Assembly: GCA_000708835.1 (NCBI GenBank)
Contig: DF237035.1
Coordinates: 156,263 to 220,262, forward strand
Source of the DNA: Klebsormidium nitens
Taxonomy: Eukaryota; Plantae; Klebsormidiophyceae
Length of the DNA stretch: 64,000 nucleotides
Direction of reading: 5' to 3'
Below the pieces are notes generated by a model that was given only the letters and a program-made list of their open reading frames with translations, was not told the origin of the DNA and ran no database searches. Below are positions 32,460 to 44,400 of this stretch, piece by piece. Position numbers and translations under genes: made by a program. Numbering within the stretch: position 1 is the stretch's first letter; each line of letters begins with the position of its first letter.

Positions 32460-35400
32460 TTATGCGCCCGCCGCCATGACCTCCCCCCACCGCACTTCCT
32501 GTTCCAATACAGCAAGCGCCCTATGCAAACTCGCCGTGAGCTCCCGCGCCCCCCCTTTCCTCCCTTTTCCCTTCTCCCCTCCCCCGCTCTGCCGGCACCG
32601 CTCCACCTCCGCCAAAACCCCTTCTAAAACCACCCCCCCGGAAGACGGTTTTCGTCCTTTCCCCATGAGATGCCTCACTTCGTCCATTCTTAGATGCACC
32701 AACTCTGCCGCCGCCGCCGTTTCCCCACCCTGCTCCCGCCATTCCTCGCTCCCCTCACTCTCCGCCCCCGCACCCTGCTTTTCTATGATCTCGCCCGCCG
32801 CTCGTAAAGCGCGCGCCGCGCGCGCACCGGTTTTAGTTAGCGCCGCTGCAAGGGCTCCGAGCTCGGCCTCGGCCGCGCGAGCCACGCCGAGTTCTTCTCT
32901 CGCCACCTCTAGTTGCCGCTGCGCAGCCGCGAGTCGATCTTCGGCAGCTGCCGCCTCGGCCTCGCGCTCGGCCCGCGCGGCGTCGAGTTGGTTGCGGCAC
33001 GAGCGCAGCAAGGCCTCCCTGCAGAGGACACGTGGCAGGTCAGAGTGAGGCGAACGACGGAGGTCAGAAGAAACGTGCGGCGGTGGCCACGAACAAAGCC
33101 TTAAGCATTACTGTGTCGGCTAAGAGCAAGAAACAATAGAAAGGGTCGAAAGGCGACATGAACTCCCATCAGACACCGTTCAAACCTGCACGACGCGGAT
33201 TTGTCCAGAGAGGCGGATCACTTGCTACAACGTTCTCATTCTTTAGTTTTCAATCAACCCCTCACAACAATCTGTCCGGTTCCGGCCGTCCTGTGAGGCT
33301 TACCTTCGAGCAGCTTCCGCCTGCCACCTCTTGACCGCGGCCTCGAGCCCCTCCCTATCTTTCTCCCGCTCTTTCTCTTTCTCCCTTTCTGCCGCGTTTG
33401 CCGCGACTTCCGCCCTTTCTCTCGCCTCCTTCAAAGCCGCCTCCTTACTCTTGAGCGCCGCACTCAAGCTCCGCACTTTTTCCTCCGCAGCTTGCATCCG
33501 TTTCTGATCCCCGCTCGCGTCGCGGTCCACTCCGGCCGCCGCCTCTAGTTTCCGGTGCAGTTCCTTGACCACAGCGGCCTGCCGCGCGGCCGCCAGCTTC
33601 GACTTCGAAAGCTCCGCCTCGAGAGCCGCGCGCGCGTCGACCGCAGCCGCGGCCGCGGCCGCGCGCTGCTTGGACTCGCCCTCGAGGCTGTTGAGGAGCC
33701 GGGACTTGCGCGCCGCGTCTGCGCGTGCGGCCTTTAGCTCCGCCTGCGGAAATCAATGCTGCAACTTCAAACATCGTGCTTGGGCATAGTAAGGAAGGTG
33801 AGCGCCCGCATATCAGAGAAAGTATTTAGAGAGAGCTGGGGAGGTAAAGGACATGCACAAGGCAACCTGCGACCATTCTTCAGACCTCAACCGTCGTCTG
33901 CGGGGATATAACCTGTCTCGTCTGGCAGTCCCAGTGCAGCACCGCATGCCCCTGCGCTTTTGCACCTAATAGCAGCCCCTCTTGGAACTTTCGCCTCCGC
34001 AGTCCGTCCGTTGATTCCGACCCTCAACCCGCTGCCTTCTGCAGTGAATCTCAGAACAGATGGACAAGAATCTTGAGATACCGGAGGCCGCTGACAGCTG
34101 GCCTCGGTGCCGCTGTTGCCGCAAGGGTCGCCCATACCTGGCACCGCCTGCGAGAGTGTCCGCCTGCTGCTGCCAGACCTCGGGGGAGTGTGTCGTAGCG
34201 ACCTTGTTTGGGGTTCTGGAATTCAAGGGTTTTATCCAATCATTGGAAAGCAGACACGAATTAAGCCCCAGCACGGGTCGCCTCACCTGGCACGTCGCGA
34301 GCGCGTCCGCCTGCTGCTGCCAGACCTCGGGGGAGTGCGTGGCGGCGACCTTCTGGGCGGCCCGCAGCCGCTCCTGAAGCGCGCCCACCTCGCGCGCCGC
34401 TTTCCGCTTTACGTCCACCAGCTCCGCCGACGCTGCAAGAGCGTTATAAGGAGCATCCAGCAGTCAAGCGAGGCTTCTCAAAAATCTCGCAGTACGATTC
34501 TAGCTTTTGGCAAAAGGGGAGAGCGGAGAGGGAGTCGGTGAACTGGTTCCAACCATAGTTACTTGTCAAAGGTTTTTCCGAAGTATGGCAGCTACCTGGA
34601 AAAACAATCTTTGTAGGAGAGCTGACGACTTCGCGCCTACAAGAAGCGATGAGTTTGACCAGGATCATCATTAAGGAGCGCTTTGTGGGCTCCTTGCGCA
34701 GGCAAGCATTCCTCTCGCAGGCCGCCACCTTGATTGCATTCGCGGCCAAGCAGAGTCTTCGCGCGGTAACCCCTCATATCATGTCAGACACTTCAAACTA
34801 GCAACTCTCCAACAGCACAACAGCATATTTGAATATCTGCTTAGCGAGTTCTAGCATCTACTTCTTTTCACCGCCCCTTCTGGCCCAAGCTCCACAAGGA
34901 GGACCCACCGCCTTCTGCCAAAGTGATCGACTACTAAAATCGTCCAAAACCTGAGCAATGAACGCCGTTGTCCTGAACGCAACTTTGAAAGGAACGCTGT
35001 TGTCCTCACAACATTAACCGTTTCCTCTGCTTTGATTTTATCAACCGTGAGCGGCGCCTCACCTGCCGCCAGCTTCGCCCGCAGCTGCTCGACTCGCTCT
35101 CCCGACTGCGCGAGCCTCCCCTCGAGCGCGCACTTTTCCTGCCGCGCAAACTGCAGCTCCCCCGCCATCGCGCGCAGCCCCTCGCTCTCCGCGACTGCGC
35201 GCATCGCCTGTGCAGCGTCCGCCACCTGTCGGGCCCACGCCTCGGGGTTTGGACACTCTGGTAATTCGGGGCCCGGGGGCCCGTGTGAAATCTTCCCCCG
35301 GGAGGAATCGGTGTCGCGAGTGGGGGGAGAAAGGCGTCGGGGTTGAGGGGGGGAATCGTGATGGAAGGTGTTGTGCGCGAGCGCTTGGAGCCGCGCCTCG

Positions 35401-38400
35401 AGGGACTGGACTTCGCGTTCCTTCAGCGCGCGGTATCTGTAGGCCAGTAAGATCATTGGTCAGCCGACAGTCAACCGAAAACTGCTCAGAAGTATTCGTT
35501 TTAATTGCACTTCGCAGGATGAATTGATGGTTCTTTGTGGGCGTGAGACGCTAAGCCCGTGATCAGTACTTTGCTCTTCTACCTACGACAATGGTTAATC
35601 AGACACCACGATCTTTCCATCAATCCAAACGTTCCCATACACACCAGCTTATCCATCATTTGTCTCTGCTCATATCGTGAATCACCTCAAGACAGAACGT
35701 GCACTTCTCGTGGCTTTTACAGCCGCCTAGGACCCACCGTTGATACTCCGCTTGTAAGCGCGCCACGGCGGCCTGCCCCTCGCGCTGCCACGTATCCCTC
35801 TGCTCCGCACACTCCTGGAGCGCCACCTGGCAGGCGTCCCGCTCGGCTTGGCGCTCGCGCGCGTATACGATTCCAGCCTCTACTTTCACCTCCCACTCTT
35901 TGCGCTCTACTGCGGATTCCGCGGCCCAGAGCTCTCGAGCTTCCGCCAGAGCGGCTTCCGCTTTAATGACTTTCTCCTCGGCGTCGGTGCGTGCGGCGAC
36001 GATTTCTTGCTGCCACCTGGAACAAGGCGGCAAAAGCACGGGATCAGATGAACATCAAGAAAGGGTCGATGATCGACTTACATCTGTGCCGAGTAAGCTC
36101 CGCTCAGCTGTGTTTGAAGCGCAGGTCGCGAGGATTATCGAGCGGATAGCGAGGAAGATAGTAAGAAGGCAGGAAGAGGGAACGAGGACAAAGACTAAAG
36201 ACATCTTAGAGATTATTGAAACATTGCACAAAGGTCCCAGAACGGGCACAGAAGCTGGGCGCCTCCTCTGAGAGGACTATATGCACTGCACCTGGGTTCA
36301 AGCACTGATAACCATTATTCCGCTCCGTACTTCAAAAATCCGTTTCTTGCCAAGGTGTCCTGCCCCTCACCTGGCCTGTGCTGCCAGCATTTTCGCCTCG
36401 ACGTCCTGCAAGTTTTGTATGTGCTGCTCCACCAGTCGTTCCCGCTCCCGCCCCGCTGCCGCCTCTAGTTCCGCCCGCCGAGCCCGCTCCTCCGCAATCG
36501 CCGCCTCTAGTTGCGCCACTCTCTGGGCAGCCTCTAGAGCGCGGCGCTTGTACTCTGAACGCAACGCTTGGAGCAGATGCGTGTACCTGCAAACGAGAGG
36601 AGGCACAGCTCAGGTAGCCGCGAGAGAGAAAGTTTCCTTCACACAAACTTAGATCCTGAGACTTGGAGATAGATCGTACGTCTCCTAAAAGCAGTACAGA
36701 ATTGACCGAATGGACCGAAAACCTGATAACAATTGCCAGGTCACCGAATTACTCACCTCTGTGCGCGAGCCAGGCGCGCCCACTGCTGCCTCTGCTGCTC
36801 GTCTCGCCGACCAGCCTCCCCATCAAGAACCGCAGCGGCCTGCCCCTTACTGGGACCGTTTTGAGGGGCAGATGGGGGCCCGTCCTGGATGCAAGAGGAG
36901 ACTCAATAAGTTTGCGTCGTCAGCACACTTGCGATCGCTTGGGCAGAACTTTGAGACCTGAAAGACAAGCCTGTGGATGGACGCAGTCAAGGATAAGAAC
37001 TCTTGTTAGCAAGCAGAAAGATCCAACGCCTTTGTTACACGGACCACTGTACCGGCCTTGAGTCCATTTTCCAGGAGGACCCTTCAACATCGGCGAGTTT
37101 CTTGAGGAAGGCGCCGCAGATACCGCTCGTGAATTGCCCCGACAAACAGGAAAGCATAGAAGGGCCATCGAGTGTCTCACACGGGGTTACCAACTCATAC
37201 CCAGATTCAAATTGAAGCTAAAAGCAAATATAAAGGTGTGGCCCCGCTGCCGTTCCCCTGTTCCTCACCCGCTCCTCGAAAAGGACACTTTCTTGCCCGG
37301 CGCTCTGCTGCCCAGCCATGCCACGTGGCTGCGCTTCTTGGAGTAGCCGCTGAGCTTCTACCAGCTGGCGCGCCAGCTCCTGCTGCCCGCTCCGCGCTTG
37401 GGCCCCCGCCTCCATCTCCGCTTCACACTGCCGCCGCAGCGCTGCCAAGCGCTCATTTGCCACTGCCAATGCCTGCACCCAATCCGCCGCTGTCACTGTG
37501 ACGTTGCAAAAGTGTCACAGAGGGCGAGAAACGTGATTGTTCGCCTCAATCCCAAGTCTCTGTTTTGTGGCTAATAGCCGATAGCTGAATCGGAAAGAAT
37601 GAATTGCCGGCAACTGACTCATGTCGCAAAGCTTACAACATGCGTGAGAAGTCGGACTTCAGCGACTTTACAGTTAGTCGTTTTCACCTTGTCGAATGAA
37701 TCCAAATCAAAATTGAGGAGTCTTCACCTGCTCTCCCTCCTGCACGGCAGCCCTCCCTCGCTCCCCCGCCTCCTTCGCCGCCTCTAGTTCCTTCGCCAGC
37801 GCCTCTTTCTCGCGCCCCGCCTGCTCCTCCGCTTGCGCGAGCGCGCCCCTCAGCGCGCCCACCAGCCGTCGATGCTCCTGCCGTTCGCTGCCCACCACCG
37901 ATTTCAAAACGGCCACCTCCTGCTGCACCGCTGACATCACCGCGGCGCCGGCCGCGAGCCGCGCGCCCGCGCCGACGTCAGCACGCGCGCTGACGTCAAG
38001 CTCGCGTAAGCGGGCCTCGGCGGAGGCGTGGGAGGCGGTCACGGCTTGCAGCGCGTGGCGGGCTTCTTGGCAGGCCACGCGTTCGGAGGCGAGGGCGGCT
38101 TGGAGGGCGGCTTCAGTAGCCTGAGCGGTTGCCGACGCGGCCGCGACCTGCAATGTTGTAAAGAAAATATTCAGTGAAGAAAAGGAACATACCTGTCCTG
38201 GCTTTGAGGTAGAGAGAGACGGGACGTTTCACTTGGGCCTTACTCCGTGCACGGACTCAGTGGCCAGTTGAGATCCGAAGTCGCCTTTTGATACTTGAAC
38301 CTTCAGTTTAACGAAGGACAGGCAAAAGCGCTGTCGTGGGGTTAAACTTCACAACAGGCTCTGGTTGCGGTGTCTTTCAAAGAGAGGACGGTTCCTCCTG

Positions 38401-41400
38401 CACACGTGGCAGCTTGTCGGCCCCTCACCTGCTCAGCATGCCGCCGCCCCTCCTCCTCCCGACTCCGCCGCTCTATTTCCAATCTGCTCTCCATAAGAGT
38501 CTCCCGCTGGCGAGCCGCCTCAATAAGCTTCCCCCGCTCCAGTTCTACCGCCATGCACCGCCGCTCCCACTCTTCCACCGCTTTTCGTAGCGTCTCTAGT
38601 TGCGCATCCCTTGAGGAGGCTTCCGTTTGCAGCTTCTCTACTTGCGCTTCCCTCAGAGAGTGTTCCGTTTCCGCTGCTTCCGCCCCCGGCCCCGGCCCTG
38701 CGCTCCGGTCTGCACATTCAACGTACGTTTGCGCTGCCCGCTCCGCCGTCTCTCCAAAGTCGGTCTCAGTTCCCTTCTCAAGATTCTCACTTCTTCCTTG
38801 CGTTGCTAGCAACCCACGGGGCATTTTTCGGTTCTCTTCTCCTTGTCCAGAGCTAGAGGTTGGATCTGCGCCGAGCACCGTCTCTACGAGCGGATCTGTC
38901 ATGGTGCCAACTTCGCAAGACGCAGTCAAGGGCCCCATGCTTGACACCGCACCGCCGGCGACCGCAGCGTTGGATTGGCTTTGAATCAGCTGTGCTTGCT
39001 GGGTCCACTCACGGTCTTGGAACACCGGAACCACCGCAAAAGGAAGATCTTCCGGCCCGGAAGAGTGGCGCTCCGCAGCCAAGAGCGCACCGTGAGAACC
39101 CCCTTCCCGCCCATCAACGCTGGCCGCGCCTCCTGCGGTACTACCAAAGTCGGTCAGATTTGGCTGTGCCGCTTCTGGGCGTTGCATGGAGGCAAGTGTA
39201 GAATCCGCGCGCGATTCCGGAGGGGCGTTGTTGGATTGGGAGAGGCGAACTTGGCTCTGCTCTGTCGCGGACTGTCTCACAGACCCCCCGGTCTGTCCCT
39301 CAGCCGCACGATTCGCTCCCCACGGGACTAGCCCATCCCCATTACTTTCTCCAACCAAGCCTCGCCCAGTGGCACCTTCAGCCCCCGCACCCAACGACCT
39401 GTGGTTAGCACTATCGCCGTCCAATGCGCTGCAATCCTGCACTTCGCCAGCGGCTATATTTTCCCGTTGTCTGACAGGGGGGTAGACAAGTACACTATCA
39501 TTGGGGACAGCTTGCCTCCCCTCCGAACCATGACCGTTAGTCACGCCAACGGATGCAGGCCTAATCGCGATCTTTGATCCAACTTGTTGCACTGATCCGC
39601 TTTGCTCCAACACTCTGCCCAGTCTGACCGCTTCACTACGTGCGGGGTCGATGGGACCCCATGTTTCGAGCGTTGCTGTGGTGTCAATCGCGCTAACTTG
39701 TCGATCTAGTGGCCCAGACTCTGTAAAAGCGGGCGACTGCCGTCCTTCACTTTCACCAACAGCAACTGAATTAGCTACAGCTGTAGCACTTGCCACAGTT
39801 GCAAACGGAACCGGCAAATCCGTCTGGAAAATGGCGTCACACTGATCGCGCAACACTCCACTGTTCCGTCTAATCGGTCCTCCTAGACTACCTCCGACCG
39901 CAATTTCCGCTTGACCAAGAGTTCCGTCAAGACCGTGTTCCGTCCGGGCAATGGTTCCGCTTGAATGAGGGTCCGTTTGGGCAGTCGCATCCTCGGCCAA
40001 TGTGGCAACCGTCTGTGCAGTACGGTCGGTGTGAACCAACGCCTCCGTCTGAACTGAAACGTCAGTCTGGGCTGTAGTCTTCCTCAAGACAGGAACATCA
40101 ATCTGGGCTGTAGTCACAATACCAACGGAAGCGTGGTTGTCGGCTGTAGCCGTGCTGTGCACCCCCACTCGCCCCGACATCTCGCCTTCGTCCCGAGCGG
40201 TTCCAACTGTTTGGACCGCTGAGTCTGCGTGGCTGACTCTCTCGGTTTGCACCACTCTCCCCACGCCACATTTCCCCGGTCCCTGGGTCTGAGGCGCGTG
40301 CAGACTCCCAAGCCCTTGCGTCAGCACGGCAAGCGCCGCCCTCATTGCCGTCAGCTCTTTTGCCATAGCCCCCGCAGTCGCCTCCAGCTTTTCCGGCAGT
40401 ATACTCAAAACCGGTTCTTCACTTACTTCCCTCTTCCCTCCTCGTAACAGCCCACTTGAACCCTGTCCCCCGTTCAGTCTCCCCTCGTTGAAATTTCGCC
40501 CACTCCCTTTCGCAGCGCCCTCGTCGTCCCGTGCTTCCTCGCTCCGCCCGCTCTCGTTCCGTCCGTTCTCGTTCCGCCCAAACTCGGTCCGTCCGGTCTC
40601 GTCCTTGTGTTCCGCTGCTCTCGCTTTTCCGAGCGCCGCCGCCCCCGCGGCCGCGGCGCGCACCTCCAGTTTACTCGCCTCCAGCGCCTCCATGTGCTGT
40701 AACAGCAGATCGCACAGCGCCGAGACCGCCGCCGCCTCCGGGGCTTTCGCAGCATTAGAGGGAGCTTTGCTCTCTCGCTCTGGTAGATTCTCCGTGCTTC
40801 GGTGCGTACTTTCGAGAGACTGGCCTTTGTCTGAACGAATCGCACCAGTCTGGTGGAGATCTACGAAGGACCGCGCCCCTTTTGGTGCTCCCATCAAACC
40901 TCGGCTGGGGTTTCCTAGAGCAGGTTCCATCCCAGAAATTTCCCCGTTGCGTCTGCCGGAATCCGCGGACGGCTGCCTTTCCCCCCACGCTACGTGTCCT
41001 TCCACCATCTCCACCGCTTGTTTCTGCTGTACTGACTCGCCTGTTTCACCGTTCTGCGACTCTCCCCTTTGGATCTCCGGCCGGACTCCGTTCACATCGG
41101 CAACGGCTGCCGAGCCCCCTTCCGTCGGCCGATCCACATTTTGCGGTCGCCGAATTGCCGGCGAAACAGGCCGGGGCTTTGGCGATCGTGGCCCGTCGTT
41201 GTGGCGCGTCATCGTACCGCCGTTCACAGTTGCGGCTGACTGAGAAGAAGACGTTTTCTGAGCGTTCTTAAACACCGACGGTTTTGGATGCTTGGGTGTG
41301 GAGAGGCGGTCGGACCAGGAGGCGACACGTGGCAGCGGGGCCTCCTCCGAGGGGGACACCGGGGGCGCTGGGGCGGCGGCCGGGGGGGCGGAGTCAGTGA

Positions 41401-44400
41401 TTTGAAGTGCGGGTTGAGGGGGCAAGGTAACGCGTTCGGCGCGCAGCCGGGTTTGTTCCTGCGGGACAACGAAAATCAAAGCGGTGAGGAGGCGTTTTTG
41501 AAAGACTGATAAACAAGCGGACGTCCAATTAGAAGCAAGGAAGGAGGCCAGTTGCTCAGGGGCCTAAGATAGAAGGGTGGACGTCATTGGTGGATACAGA
41601 AAGAAACGGGCCGGTCTACGTGGGAAATAGACTGAGTGCTCGGAAAGCCAGTTTTCATAAGTGAGGGAACGTTGCAAGGAAACATTGCACGGCAAGGGTC
41701 GACGAAAGAACGGGGCAGATTTCCGGGGAAAGCGACGATGGGTCGAGTCATCTGGATAAACCAAAGAGTTGTTCGCACTTACCTCGAGTAGGGTCGCAAT
41801 TCGGGCTGAAAGCTGTTGGATGACCAAGCTCTGGGAGTCAAGTAGGGAGGAGCTCGATTCGTCGGAAGCGGGAGCCAGAACCGTCTCCAAATTCGACGCA
41901 GACGTCATGCTGCCGGCTTTCCGCTGACGCATCTTGCGTAACGCCAGGTCCTTGTCTCGCAGCCTCTGCAAAAGGATCGTTCCCGGCTCTATACGAACCG
42001 GGGACAGTGCAGCAAAACAAGGTGCAGCAGAGTTTCTGAAAGAAAGAAGCAGTGCGTCAAGTTCCGACTACGCCGGACGAAGCCCATGATTATTTTAACG
42101 GGTAGGATTGATTGACGACAACCCCGAGCTCAAAAGAAATAACATGAATGAAGCTCCTAACGCGATGAGTGCGGGTCGGTTGCGGATGCTACTAAGACAT
42201 TCAAATGGTCCCCTAAACTCTGCCCGCTCCGCCTCGCGCGATGCCCACGCTAAGCTGGAACAACTTTTACACGGCCACAATGAGCGATCGATCATGGAGC
42301 GGCAAGTTTGAAAGTATCGAACCCGTCCACTTACTTGGACCAGTTTCTGAACGGAGACCGTGAGCGGTCCTTGCGGGGGCGCCCGGTTGAGCGTCCCGGC
42401 CCCGTCCGCGACAACAGCAGATGAGATGGCCGCGGCGGTGAGCACGTGGTCCTCCTCCAAGTACTGCACGCGCCGCCGCAGCTTGCGCTCCGCCTGGAGC
42501 GCCGCCTCTAGTTGCCGCTCCAGCTCGTCTCGCTGCAGAAACCAGGGAATGAGGGGTCAGCAGACAACCATAACTTGCTACTGCTACGAAGCCATTTAGT
42601 GAAGAAATTGGACCCCGACAAGGTCTCTAGGCCCGTACAAGCCAAAGGTCGTCTTTTGCGCCGCTTGGATTGAATGCTCTATGAAGAACTTAGTCGTACA
42701 AGGTCAAAGCCTTTGAATGCTACAAGCCGAGACTCTTTCCCGCCTTCAGCCGCAAAGGGTGCGCCTATCAGAACCAATCGCCAACTGCCCCATAACGTAT
42801 CTGAGACCATCAACCGCACACTGTAGCAACGGGCCTACATTTCTGAAACATCAACTTTTGCCCAACCAGACATCACAAACCGCGGCCCACCTGCTGGAAG
42901 ATCTCCTGGAGGTCCGCGTCCTGTCGCCGTCCGTTGGCAGTGGCGTCTGCCAACGCCCCTTGCAGCCCCGCTATCGCGGCCTCCTTTTTGGCGACCTCAA
43001 GGCGCAGCTCCACCACTTGCTGTCGCCACGCCGCCCGCTGCTCGCCGAACTCCTCTCCAGTCCCGTCCTCTGAGTCGGTCCATTGTTCGGCGCGCGCGGG
43101 ACCGGGCCGGGGGGAGAGCGCGACCCGCCCTTGCTTCAGTTGGTCGATGCGCTTCTCGCGCTCGGCCAGGAGTTGGCGCAACTCTAACTCCGCCCGTGCA
43201 CTCACCTGCGTTGCAGAATCCACTTATAAATCTAGGTTTTCGGATTTTGCGGGATACGATTCAACGGTCTTATCAACTGAGAATCTCTTGATCTTTCTCT
43301 TCTGCCTGACGGCTTTCCTAGTCTTTCTCGCATGTTGAATCCATTTTGAAACGGGTTCTCGCAACATGGTGTTAAATTTTTCCTACTTGAGTTGCACTGG
43401 GATCCCAAAATCTTTCATCTCGTTTGAACGACATTCTGACCTGAACTGAGTCATGCATCGCCATCCAGGACGTGTATTTCAACCACTTGCAATCGAATTT
43501 GCCGGAAGGACAGCCTACATTGTCAACGATCAATTCCCACTCTTCTTTTCCAGCATGCCAGGAACCTCGCCGCACTAACCCGCAATTTCCTCTGTGCGTC
43601 CGCCTCCGCCAGTTTCGCCTGCACCAGCTGCTTTGACACCGCCGCAAGGGATCCCCCCGCCACCGCAGTCTTGCTGGTCCCCCCCCGAGCGGGGCTTGCA
43701 CCCGCGTGCTCAATACGGGCCAGGATGCGCTCGAGATCGGAGACTACGCCTGCTTGCAACTCGCGCTCGTCTTGTAGGGCCGCTAGTTGGGAAGTGAGTG
43801 CGCCGACCTGTTGGGGAAAGGGAAGTGTTGGTTCATGGAACGAGACGGAAATAGAAAGGTGTTGTTGAGTCGTATTTGGCGGTAGCGACGAAGCGTTTGT
43901 TTATTAAACTTTAAGCGGCCAGCGTAAAGACTCGTATTTGAGTGTTTCAAGACTACACTTTGACCGCAACAACGAAGACATCGTGGGGGATCGGAGCAAT
44001 CTATCGACCGTTCCTATACAATTGACACAACGGGCATGATATCCTCAAGATGAGCATAGAAAGGACACATAAAGGACACATAAAGAACGAAGGAACGTAT
44101 CAACCGTTCCTATCGAAAATTGACAAACCTGGCATGGCATGACCGAGATGAACAAAGTGAGGACACTTAAGCACAGACTAAAAACAGATTACAAACAGAA
44201 AAGAACAAGCTAAGATCGAACCTAAGACAGACTCGCGGCCCCTGCGACGACGGGCGTAGCACTCACTTTGGACACAAGGTGCTCGTTTTCCGTCCTGCAC
44301 TGTTCCAGTTCTTGCTCTAGCTGGGGGATGCGGCGCGCCGTCTGTTGTACCCCCTGGAGACTCTGCTGCTGCCGCACCGCCTCAGCCAGCTGCGCCTGGA

